DNA of 32,000 nucleotides, from positions 60,001 to 92,000 of the forward strand of contig NC_008312.1 in the NCBI RefSeq assembly GCF_000014265.1, in the 5' to 3' direction. Both the position numbers and the translations under genes were made by a program. The notes beneath the pieces were generated by a model. The model was not told where the DNA came from and did no database searches. It saw nothing but the letters and a program-made list of their open reading frames with translations. How positions within the stretch are numbered: the first letter of the stretch is position 1; every line of letters begins with the position of its first letter. This DNA comes from Trichodesmium erythraeum IMS101 (GTDB taxonomy: Bacteria > Cyanobacteriota > Cyanobacteriia > Cyanobacteriales > Microcoleaceae). This document shows, piece after piece, positions 11,135-20,853 of the stretch.

Positions 11135-11347
11135 TTGACAACTATTGCCACAATAGTTGGTCTTGTTGGCGGTAGTTTAACCATTGCAGAACAGCTTTAC
11201 GAGTGGAAAAACAAATATCAAAAATCTCTTCACACTTCGGCCCAACCTCGTATAGAGAAAGTTTTGGTTGTTGCTCCCAATAGTGGAAAACGACTGTTAC
11301 TTAAAGATGCAACTATAGAGGACATCAAAAAGATTATTGAAGATTAA
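11135..11347 (+). CDS. small hypothetical protein, probably the 3' two-thirds of a 110-codon gene (ATG 11015) broken by an in-frame TAA at 11102-11104
   Basis: ORFs 11015-11101 and 11135-11347 share a frame, separated only by the TAA. There is a central hydrophobic stretch TTIATIVGLVGGSLTIA. The ORF ends 19 nt before the CHAT gene. The TTG at 11135 has only 2 nt of spacing to GGAG, so independent initiation is doubtful. Confidence 0.45.
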   Translation: MTTIATIVGLVGGSLTIAEQLYEWKNKYQKSLHTSAQPRIEKVLVVAPNSGKRLLLKDATIEDIKKIIED

Positions 11348-11366
11348 CTAAGGCAATAGTACAGTT

Positions 11367-12836
11367 ATGCAAATTCTACACCTGAATCTTAAGCTAAAAG
11401 GAGATGATTCTGTTGAATTCCGTTTCTATTGGGATAACCTCCTCGAGTTTCAACCTGTTTCGCGCAGTCTAGGAGAAATCTCAGACTTAATTAAAAAGTC
11501 AGAAGCTGAGTATTATACTTACCTTCCAGTAGACTATACCCAAACAGGTCAAAATCTCTACAAATGGCTAAATGGAGATAAACGGGATCTAGACAGAGTA
11601 ATTCATGATGGTTCATCAGGCGAAGGAATTGTTCTAGCAATTGCAACATTCGAAGGGCTATCACATCTACCTTGGGAACTGCTGCATAATGATGAAGATT
11701 TCTTAGTTAATTCTACACCTGCAATTGTTCCCGTTCGTTGGGTGCCTAATTCAGGAAGCATGAAAGTACTTACTATGGATGATAAACCCAAGAATGAAGC
11801 ATTGAGTGTGGCATTTATGCCAGCTTCTCCTCACAATAAACCAAAATTAGACCTTGTAGAAGAGGAAATAAGTATTTTAAAAGCAAGCCAAGAGTCCCCT
11901 TTCTCTCTAGAAATAGAATATAGTGGTTGCTTGAATAAGCTGAAGGGTTTGATAAATAAACATGATAAAGGCTTTTTTGATGTGCTTCATCTAGCAGGTC
12001 ATGCAGAAAACTCTTATTTGATTACAGAAACAGAATCTGGAGAGGCTAAATATAGTAGTGCTGAAGATATTGCTGATGCACTACTATTTAAAAATCCTCA
12101 ACTGATTTTCTTGTCGGCTTGTCGGACTGCTTATTCACGGGAGTCATCTATTCCTTCGATGGCTGAAAGTTTAGTAAAAAATGGTTTTAAAGCAGTTTTG
12201 GGCTGGGGCGATCGGGTATTAGATACTAGCGCAATAGCGGCTGCAGAAATATTTTATCAGAATTTGTCATCAGGTTCTACAGTAACCCAAGCTTTGGCTC
12301 AAACTTATCGGAAACTAATTGAAACAGAGAAAGGTTGGCACTTGTTGCGATTATATGTCAAAGAAAGTTTACCGGGAGCATTAGTAACAGCATCGGCAAC
12401 ACTTGGACGAATACCACCGCATCGGAAAATAACGACTCTACCTGTAAAAAATTGTTACTATCAGCTGAAACAATGTGTATCTATCCTAAAACAAGATAGT
12501 AAAAAAGGTGTCTTGATTTTAGGAAAAAGTAATATTACTTCCTTATTTACTGATGGACTATGTGAACGTTTACCCAAGTCTAAGATTGTTAAATTGGATC
12601 AACAAATTGATGAATACGAATTCGTTAATAAACTAGCGAGTGAATTGGAAAATTCAGAGCAGCGTAATGCACTTCGTAATGCATTTCAACGCGGTGATAA
12701 ACTTAAATATCCACTAAGAGATTTATTTAAAAAACGGAATGAAACTGGACTAGAACCTTTAGACATCTCCAAAAATACTCAAACATTTATCCTAACTATC
12801 TTTAGTGGTGCGATCGCTACTTATGAAGATAGTTAA
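11367..12836 (+). CDS. CHAT-domain (caspase-like) protease with a truncated, degenerate STAND-NTPase start at the C-terminus
   Basis: Catalytic dyad contexts are VLHLAGHA (His) and LIFLSACRT (Cys). The N-terminal region (HLPWELLH) is typical of CHAT-STAND proteins. The post-CHAT segment GVLILGKSNITSLFTDGLCERL aligns to the P-loop region but lacks GxxxxGK[ST]. The ORF stops at the edge of IS debris. Confidence 0.8.
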   Translation: MQILHLNLKLKGDDSVEFRFYWDNLLEFQPVSRSLGEISDLIKKSEAEYYTYLPVDYTQTGQNLYKWLNGDKRDLDRVIHDGSSGEGIVLAIATFEGLSHLPWELLHNDEDFLVNSTPAIVPVRWVPNSGSMKVLTMDDKPKNEALSVAFMPASPHNKPKLDLVEEEISILKASQESPFSLEIEYSGCLNKLKGLINKHDKGFFDVLHLAGHAENSYLITETESGEAKYSSAEDIADALLFKNPQLIFLSACRTAYSRESSIPSMAESLVKNGFKAVLGWGDRVLDTSAIAAAEIFYQNLSSGSTVTQALAQTYRKLIETEKGWHLLRLYVKESLPGALVTASATLGRIPPHRKITTLPVKNCYYQLKQCVSILKQDSKKGVLILGKSNITSLFTDGLCERLPKSKIVKLDQQIDEYEFVNKLASELENSEQRNALRNAFQRGDKLKYPLRDLFKKRNETGLEPLDISKNTQTFILTIFSGAIATYEDS

Positions 12837-12932
12837 TTTGTACAGTTTTATGGGCATCAGAGATACTTCGTGTTACTAATTAAAATATTTATTGTACTTT
12901 GATTTATTATTTTTATCTCGGCTTTTGATGGT

Positions 12933-13846
12933 TTATACTAATATAAAAGAGCCAATTCTTAGTCGCACTAAATCATATATTATTAAGATTACTTTTTGAT
13001 AATTATTATCTTTTAATCTGAATCTTTCTCTAGCAATTCTAAATATTTTAATTAATCTTATTATATGTTCTAAAAATATTCTCTTTCTGGCTTTTTCTTG
13101 ATTTTCTTCTTTGATTTCTAGCGGCATTTCTTTTTTTCTTGGTTTCTTTTTTGGTGTAGTAGTTCTTTCTACTCCTTCATCAGCTTTATCTCCTTGAAAC
13201 TTTTGTTTTTTATCAAATTTATCCTGTTGTTTTCTTAATATTTTTACATCACTTACTGGACCTTTTTCTCCTACTATTACATCTACTATTTCTGTTCCTT
13301 TTGGTGTCGTTATTATTTGATTTTTAAAAGTATAATTTTTCTTTTTTCATATTTGATATTTTTCTTGGTCTTTATATTCACTTGGTCTTTCTATACTTTG
13401 TTCTGTACTATCTACAATTAATTATAATTCTGTTAATATCTCCTTTACCCATTCCAATTCATTTTCTTTTTTTTTACTTGTTCTAATAAACTTGCTGGCA
13501 GTAATTCTCTGAGAATATCTATCCAGTAATGAAAAATATTATTAGCACTTGATTCACTTATACCAAAGTTAATTCCTAATGTTTGAAAAGTTGGTATTTG
13601 ATGTAAATAAAATAACGTTAAAATTATTTCTTCTTCCTTTGTTAAATTCTTTTTTCTGACTCCACCTGCTTTAATTAATCTTTTTTCTGTTTTGGCGATC
13701 GCCTCCTTTTTCTCTGATTCTATTACTTGGGCCTTTGCTATTAATTTTATTAGCTGTTCATAAGTAATGCCAATAATTCTTTTTGTTTCTTTTGGATGAT
13801 TATAAATATATTCTAAAGTTGGATTCATTTGGGAGACTTTATACAT
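12933..13846 (-). pseudogene. IS5-superfamily (Harbinger/PIF-like, HTH_Tnp_4 + DDE_Tnp_4 type) transposase, disrupted
   Basis: ORF 13445..13846 carries the HTH part (LTKEEEIILTLFYLHQIPTFQTLGINFGISESSANNIFH). The DDE part follows in other frames (IVDSTEQSIERP, KKKNYTFKNQIITTPKGTEIVDV) with a stop and frameshifts. The tail is ORF 12933..13127. Confidence 0.7.
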
Positions 13847-13893
13847 AAATGGTTTTGATAATTTTACCTTATTTTCTATTTTGGAGATGTTTA

Positions 13894-14133
13894 ATGAAGA
13901 AAATCTCCAACCCTAACACCCAAAGTGAAGCATTAAGCCATTTAGGAGTTACCATAAAAAATCATCAGTTAAAGATTGAATTTTCTGAAACTGGGAACCC
14001 TTATGCAGAGCCAGATGGCGATCGCACAAAAGTCTCTGATACTTCAACCCAAACTGTTACGGTAGAGCTAATACTTGATACTCCTCCTCCATCTACTCTT
14101 AAACTTCAAACTGAAGTTTCTCCATTTACACAA
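13894..14133 (+). pseudogene. orphan ORF fragment (MKKISNPNTQSEALSHLGVTIKNHQLKIEFSETGNPYAEPDGDRTKVSDTSTQTVTVELILDTPPPSTLKLQTEVSPFTQ), 3'-truncated by an IS1-like end
   Basis: The reading frame is open from the ATG at 13894 and runs straight into the IS1-like terminal repeat starting at 14134. Its composition is less AT-biased than its surroundings. I did not recognise the family. Confidence 0.35.
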
Positions 14134-14649
14134 GGGTGGTCCTGTATATGTAGTGATAAGCCAATATAAATGATTAGTTATTGACATCAATCTTGAAAAC
14201 ATTAAGTTTTTTATGCTTAATAATTCAAAATTTTTATCTAGGCGATCGCTACATAATAATCAGTCATTAAACTATCAAGAATTAAACTCAACTATCATGA
14301 AAAAAGTATGCTATTATCTATGACAGTAATAAGAAAAAATCTATATAATTCAGATGTCCATTCATAAATTAATCTGTCCTAGTTGTGGCAGTAATCATAT
14401 TGTCAAAAATGGGACTATTCACAACAAAAAACAAAAATATCAATGTCAAAATTGTCAGAGACAATTTGTCGAAAATAGTCAAAGAGATTATATTAGTAAT
14501 GAAACCAAAGAACTTATTGATAAATTAAAATAGAGAAAAAATTAGTTTAGCTGGTATAACCCGTGTAACAGGCGTGTCAGAAAAATGGCTCCAGAATTAC
14601 GTCAATAATAAGTATGCTGAGGTTTCACGCTCTATTAAATGTACTAATA
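14134..14649 (+). mobile_element. IS1-family element (zinc-finger InsA subtype), left ~0.5 kb only, truncated by the IS630 insertion
   Basis: It shares its left end and sequence with the reverse complement of 5760-6275. An intact 59-codon InsA-like ORF lies at 14354-14533 (MSIHKLICPSCGSNHIVKNGTIHNKKQKYQCQNCQRQF...). Similarity stops where the IS630 terminus begins. Confidence 0.8.
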
Positions 14650-14657
14650 CCAATTTC

Positions 14658-15253
14658 CTAAAGTCCGACTACACATAATGCTTCAAGAATAAAATCATAT
14701 CCTGTACAAGAAGCAATATCTTTTTGACTAAATCCAGTTAATATATTTCTCAGGATTCTGCGTCAGAAATCTAAGGAATCGAAAACTCGATTTTTCAAGA
14801 ATTTTTTCACCTCTTTCCACAGTCTTTCAATGGGATTAACTTCGGGACAATAAGGAGGTTGAAATAATAAAATGATGTGATCAGGGATAGATAAATCATT
14901 CCCTAGATGCCCTCGCCCGTTATCTAGTTGAATAATATGAATCTCTTCAGGATATGTTTGAGAAAAAAGCTCTAAAAATCTTTCAAAGCAAGGAGTATCT
15001 AGATGACTAAATTCATAAAAAAAGGAATCTCCTGTTTTTGGTTCTACTAAACCATAAAGCCATAGATATTTAAATAGCCATTGATATAAACCAATGGGCT
15101 TAACACCGCAAGCAGTAATGACTTTACCTGTTATAGTTTTTAATCCAATTCTAGTCTCGTCTTGACACCAATAGCGAATTGGCAGTTGATTTTCCGAATA
15201 TTTATTAATTAACTTAATTTTCTCTTCTAGTTGAGATGAGAGTTTTTTTTAAA
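14658..15253 (-). pseudogene. IS630-family transposase orfB (DDE catalytic part), -1 frame relative to orfA, with one premature TGA
   Basis: Translation reads KKLSSQLEEKIKLINKYSENQLPIRYWCQDETRIGL...IIQLDNGRGH...FQPPYCPEVNPIERLWKEVKKFLKNRVFDSLDF*RRILRNILTGFSQKDIASCTGYDFILEAL. The internal TGA is at 14763-14765 (+ strand TCA). Confidence 0.75.
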
Positions 15254-15730
15254 GTTTTCTTGAGCTTCTTTATTTTGTTTTATGTGATTTGGACGTGGAA
15301 CTTTTAATTTACTTTTTAATTTATATCTGACTAATTGATGAACTGTTCGATAAGACAGCTCGATGTCAAAACAAGTCGTTAACCACTGTTGAATTTCACC
15401 ATAGCTTTGGAAACCTTCCGGGTTTTGCAATTCTGCTTCTAATTTCTCGATTACATTTGGTGGAATTGAACTTGGCCTCCCTCCTAGATTTTTCTTTGGT
15501 TCTAGTAAAAGATTCAGTCCACCTGTACGATATTTCCCTAACCATTTTTGTACTGTGACTCGATTGCGTCCTAACATTATCGCAATTTCTTTTACTGTTT
15601 CTACTGTTTGAGTTTTCAACCAGTAAATAGTTTGAAGTCTTTCCTTTTCTTGAGCTGTACTCGCACTTTTTAAAAGTTTTTTGAGAGTTTCTACCGATTC
15701 ATTTATCTCAATTTTTACTACTCCTGACAT
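15227..15730 (-). CDS. IS630-family transposase orfA (HTH DNA-binding part)
   Basis: 167-aa ORF with a helix-turn-helix region (ERLQTIYWLKTQTVETVKEIAIMLGRNRVTVQKWL). It ends just after an A8 run (T8 on the + strand, about 15244-15251). Confidence 0.85.
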   Translation of the reverse strand: MSGVVKIEINESVETLKKLLKSASTAQEKERLQTIYWLKTQTVETVKEIAIMLGRNRVTVQKWLGKYRTGGLNLLLEPKKNLGGRPSSIPPNVIEKLEAELQNPEGFQSYGEIQQWLTTCFDIELSYRTVHQLVRYKLKSKLKVPRPNHIKQNKEAQENFKKNSHLN

Positions 15731-16853
15731 GGGGACATTTTCTATAATAGGTTACTTCTAAAAGTGTAGCTTAAGTTTATGAAATTAGTATAACTAAGAT
15801 GACAGCTGAAGAGCTAGCAATAGATCAAGAAACTGAATAATTTAGGGTTTGCTGAAAAGGTCTTTTTAAAGAATAGGTAGGTAAGTTGTATGCAACGCCC
15901 CTACGGAGGAAAAAAAAATTTACCCACCCCTAATCTCGACGATGGAAGGATAGATGGAAGAATTGTCCCTTAATTTTTCTGCAGTGGTCAGCCCAAAATC
16001 CTAACTTTTTGAGCTCTCAGAATCGAAAAATAGACACTTTTTTCAAGTCGCAAAATGCTGAAGCCTTTATGTGTCAATGCTTTAATCTTTAATCAGAAAA
16101 CCATAATTTAGCTGTAGTGATAAGTGAGTAAATCAACACAGAACTTACGCGATCAACCGTAGAAACCAAGCTTTTTCCTAGATGTCTATTGTTAAAAACA
16201 ACAATTTATTTAAAAAACCGGGTTTATTTGCGCAAGTCCTAAAACATATCGGTACAAGTTTTTATTGAATGGAGAAAAAAACTTATGGTTACTCAAGCAG
16301 ATCCAAACCTAAATATTTCTAAGACTGGATTAGAAGCAAATTTTTTTATTCTAGAAAAACGATCTTTCAAGAATAGACCTGATTTACTTCCAGAAAGTTC
16401 AGAAAATAATTTACCTAATGAAAAGCCTTTTGAGACTCTTTATGACGCATTTGAGAGATATAAGCGTTTAGTACTTTTGGGAGAACCGGGAGCTGGAAAA
16501 ACAGTAGCTTTACAAGAATTTAAGAAAAATATATCTAAGAAAGAGAGACAGGCAGAAAATAATAGCCTGGTTATATTTGTATCCATTCAAAAATGGAAGT
16601 ACCCAGCAGATATTGTTACGTTTTTAGCTAAAGAGATTGGTAAAATAGAGGAGGATTTCCGGAAAGAAATACAAACAAAAAGACTTTTATTACTTTTGGA
16701 TGGATTAGATGAGTTACCTTCTAATGTGTCAAAAAGGTCAGAAAGCAGAGATGCAGAAATCATAGACTATCGCGTTCATTTTCTCTCGAAGTTATCAGAT
16801 TTTTTAAGAAATTTAAATCCCAATAATATTTCAATTGTGATGACTTGTCGTAA

Positions 16854-18229
16854 CGGGACTTTAGTGAAAAAATAGTAAAAAAAAGGGTATAATGTATACC
16901 TGATATGTATTTTACGTTAATTACTGGCCTGGGAAAAGTTTGATGAAAGAAACAACTTCAGTGGCCATGCCCTCTTGTTTCCATCGATGGTGCGATCGCT
17001 TTAACAATGTCTTTAAAACAAAAGCCCAAAAAACAGGGTTTAGGGAATATATAGGAGGATTACTCTTGAGAAAGCGATCGAAAAAACTTGTCTCAAATTG
17101 CCAACAACACTGTAGGTCACACGTACCACAAATTACGGCATTTTCTAGTTCGAGCAAATTGGTCTGTAGATGCTGTGAATGAGCGTCGTCTTCAAGTAAT
17201 GTGGGAACGTCGCCAAACAAAACCTTCTCGATCCTATTGCTTTAATTATAGACGATTCAGGCCACAGAAAAAGTGGTAATTTTACTGCAGGAGTAGGGCG
17301 GCAATATATAGGAGAAATAGGAAAAACAGATAATGGTGTAGTCGTGGTGACAACTCATCTTTATGATGGAGTTAAAAGTCTACCTTTAGACATAGCTTTG
17401 TATCAGAAAGCTGATTCTTTTCCAAAAGGAAAAAAAGACCCAGAATTTGTCAAGAAACCAGACGAGTGCAATGTCTCTAGTAGATCAATGTTTGTCCAGA
17501 GGACACCAACCAGAAATTGTGTTAATTGAAATTTGGCTATGGTAACAATACATCATTCTTAAATCAACTAGAGAAAAGAAGTTTAACTTATATAGGAGGA
17601 TTAGCTAAAAATCGAAAAGTCATCATTAAAAAACAAGATGACATTAAAGAGGAAATTAGATTAGACAAGCTGGCAGAAAGTATACCTCAGAAAGCTTTCA
17701 ACTTAGTTCAACTAAGTACAAAAAATGCTAGAGAAGTTTGGGTAGCTACATTAGAAGTAGAAATATCTAGGATGTCAGGTCAAAAAACTATAGCTATCGT
17801 TATGAATGCTAAAAGTTTTTCTGAGGCCACTGATATTAACTATTATATCACTAATAGAGAAGACAAATATGTAACTCCTGAGTGGATATATTCTACTTAT
17901 TCTCAAAGAAATTGGGTGGAAGTTTTCTACAGGGAAGCCAAAGGATGGTTAGGATTAAGAGAATATCAAGTCAGAGATAAAATCAGCCTTAAAAGGCATT
18001 TTATTTTAGTATTTTGTGCTTATACATTTATTATCTGGCATCAGTTAACAGGAGGTATAAGAAGGCGTTGGGCTAACAAACCATTAAATACGTTTACTGA
18101 TACTTTAGAAGCATTTCGTACCGCAATATCTTATCGTTTTGTTGAGTGGTTAGATGAAAACATCGACGTATTTACCGCTCATAAAGAGAGTTTAGGGTTT
18201 GTTTGGGCTTGAAATTTGCTAAAGTCCCG
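16854..18229 (+). mobile_element. IS701-like (IS4-superfamily) insertion sequence, 1376 bp, transposase frameshifted into four or more pieces
   Basis: 11-bp terminal inverted repeats are CGGGACTTTAG (16854-16864) and CTAAAGTCCCG (18219-18229). A 4-bp direct repeat GTAA flanks it (16850-53 and 18230-33). Transposase fragments are in ORFs 16940.., 17088.., 17344.. and 17526..18212 (LIIDDSGHRKSG-like, DNGVVVVTTHLYDG, YGNNTSFLNQLEKRSLTYIGGL). Confidence 0.85.
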
Positions 18230-20382
18230 GTAATAGAGATTATGAAGAAATACGGCGCAAAATTCAGGAAGAAAAAAAGGATTTTAAGAATATTTTTCAT
18301 GGGTTAGTTGTTCTCAACCGTTTAAAAAATGATGAAATTAAAACATACTTGAAAGAGATTAATCAAAAAAAGCTGAATAATTCTTTAAATGGTGAAAAAA
18401 TTGATTTTGATTTACTATGGAATACTATTCAAGTAAAGAAAGATTTGTTGGAATTAATTCGGACTCCATTTTTGCTGTATGTTCTATCATCCACTTTAGT
18501 GTCAATTTATCAACAAAATCCGAGTTCTATTTCTCAAGGGATAGAGGCTATTTATAAAGCAGTCAGTAATTTAGAAAAATTACTCGATAAATTTGTTAGA
18601 GAACAGTACAAAAGAGAGTCTGGAAAGTCCAAAATACCGATACCATGGTCACTTAATAAAGTCAAGAGATTATTAGGTCAAATTGCTGTATTAATGATGA
18701 GCGATCGCGAGCCAGATGATAATGAAATTTTGCCAGAACACTTCAATAAAGTAATTCAAATTCAAGAAGACATTAAAAAATTTATTGATTTGACTAAAAA
18801 TCTATATTTATTAGAATCTGAAGAAAAAGCTAATAATCAGAACCCAACTTCAACCTATAAGTTTCGGCATTTAACACTACGTGATTATTTTGCTTTCGAC
18901 TATGGTTCTAATTTTTTTGATCAACAAGAGGATAACTTCAACCAAAAATCTGAAAAATTTAAATTAGAAATAGAACCAGAACAAGTCGTAAAAGCGATTG
19001 GAAAAATCGAAAAAGAGCAAGTAGTTAAACTATTAACTAAGTTACTCGATCATCCTGATCCAGATGTACGTTACGAAGCTATAAAGTCTTTAGGGGAATT
19101 GAGAACGCTAGTATATGTTGAAGGCTATAACAGCGATTTGAAAAATCAAGTTGTCAACTACTCTCTTGATGAATTTGATAAATCCCTAATTAAAGAATAT
19201 TTTAGCGAAAAGAAATATTTTGAAATCAATGATAATGAAGCCAAAAAAATATATCAGTACAGTGGTGGAAATGTTTGGATAATAGAGCAAATAGCTACCA
19301 TGTTTGGTGTAGTTTCTTTAGATGAAATATTAGGTGTTGATGATGTTCCCATGCCTATCGCAGCTAAGAGTCCTGATGAACAAATTTTGGCAACAACTGT
19401 TCAACGTTTGTTACATTACTGTGTAAACAAGGAAGATAAACGCGCGGTTTACTTACTTGCCATAGCATATTGTCCAAATCCTGAATTTCTGAAATTCATG
19501 TTAGGTTGTGAAAACCTAGATGCTAAATTACAGGAATTACACAATAATTACCCATTTATCTTGCCAGAAAAACAACAGCTAGAGGAGATACATCAGAAGT
19601 TTACGAAACAATACTTACTGTCACTGAGAAATGAAAATAATTTCAACAAGTATGAAAGTGAATCTCAAAAAATAGCTAAAAATCTTAATCGTAAGGCAGC
19701 ACATTATTTTCAGGATAAGATAGAAGACTTAACTGGAAAACTAACAACAGCAAAACAGCGTTTTCGGAACGAAGAGTTTCCTGATTTTATAATTAATTGG
19801 TTTTATCATAGATTCTGGCTAAGTAGTAAAGATAATGTGGAGTATATATGGAATGATATGATTCCCTATTTAGTAGAAGGGTGGCGTTATAATAATAATT
19901 TTGTGATTGAACTTTTAAAAATTGCTGGTGAGTTTGATAAAGACTATGAATTTTTCCAACTTTTCAAAGCTGTTTTCATGGAAAGAAAAGATCCGTATTC
20001 TCTTGTGAAAAAATTGGTAGAGAAATCAGATAAGACTACAAAAAAAGACGAATGGGTAGCGATCGTACTGCTTATATATTGTGATTTTCTATACGAAGAA
20101 AAGAAGTATTCAGAAGTTTTAAAAAGATGGGAACAAGCTCAAATATTTATACCTGAAGAAGCAGAAGATCTAAGAAGGTCATTTGAAAAATTACGGAGTC
20201 TATCATTTAAGCAAGAGAAGAAAAATGATTTTAAAGAAGATCAAATAGAAACAGAATCTAGTCCACCAATAGACCTCTCCAAAAATATAGATTTGGGAAA
20301 GGTGAGCTCTGATATATTATCTAGATTAGAGAAGTTAGAGAATCAGCGTAATACATTTTCTCAACAAGCAACTCAAAAGGAA

Positions 20383-20628
20383 GAAAAAACAGAGTTGCAG
20401 CTAAAGCAAAATTATCATCCAAATGAAGAAAAAATAGAAGAAGATAAAGAACAAAAATTTAACTCGCAGACATGGTCAGAAAAACAAGCAAATATTCCTA
20501 AGAAAGAAAAAACAGAGTCGCAGCTAAAGCAAAATTATCATCCAAATGAAGAAAAAATAGAAGAAGATAAAGAACAAAAATTTAACTCGCAGACATGGTC
20601 AGAAAAACAAGCAAATATTCTTAAGTCT
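20383..20628 (+). repeat. in-frame 123-bp (41-codon) tandem duplication inside the NACHT gene
   Basis: Two units (20383-20505 and 20506-20628) are nearly identical. They differ by TTG vs TCG and at the unit ends. Each encodes EKTE(L/S)QLKQNYHPNEEKIEEDKEQKFNSQTWSEKQANI.... Confidence 0.9.
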
Positions 20629-20736
20629 GATAATGAAAAACTAATATATCAATTAAAATTTTGGCATTTGATAGTGCTAATATTCCCGTTATATATTATT
20701 ATTTTAGTATTTTTCTTTTTAGTATATTTAATATAT

Positions 20737-20853
20737 GAACAGAATAATATGCCGGAGAAAATTCAGATTAGAAATGAACAGAATAATATGCCGGAGAAAA
20801 TTCAGGCTAGAAATGAACAGAATAATATGCCGGAGAAAATTCAGCCTAAAAAT
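20737..20853 (+). repeat. in-frame 39-bp (13-codon) tandem repeat x3 just after the predicted TM helix of the NACHT gene
   Basis: Units start at 20737, 20776 and 20815 and encode EQNNMPEKIQ(I/A/P)(R/K)N. A degenerate fourth start is at 20854. Confidence 0.9.

Larger units (their letters stand above)
14650..15788 (-). mobile_element. complete IS630-family insertion sequence (~1.14 kb) flanked by TA
   Basis: Imperfect terminal inverted repeats are CCAATTTCCTAAAG... at 14650 and CTAATTTCATAAAC... (reverse complement) ending at 15788. TA flanks both ends (14648-49 and 15789-90). It contains orfA and a DDE orfB. Confidence 0.85.

Noticed and set aside
11603-11791. 62-aa - strand ORF inside the CHAT gene
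   Set aside because: It is an antisense shadow ORF within a well-supported CDS.
16921-17220. 99-aa - strand ORF
   Set aside because: It is antisense to the IS701-like transposase N-terminal fragments, which have clear family motifs on the + strand.
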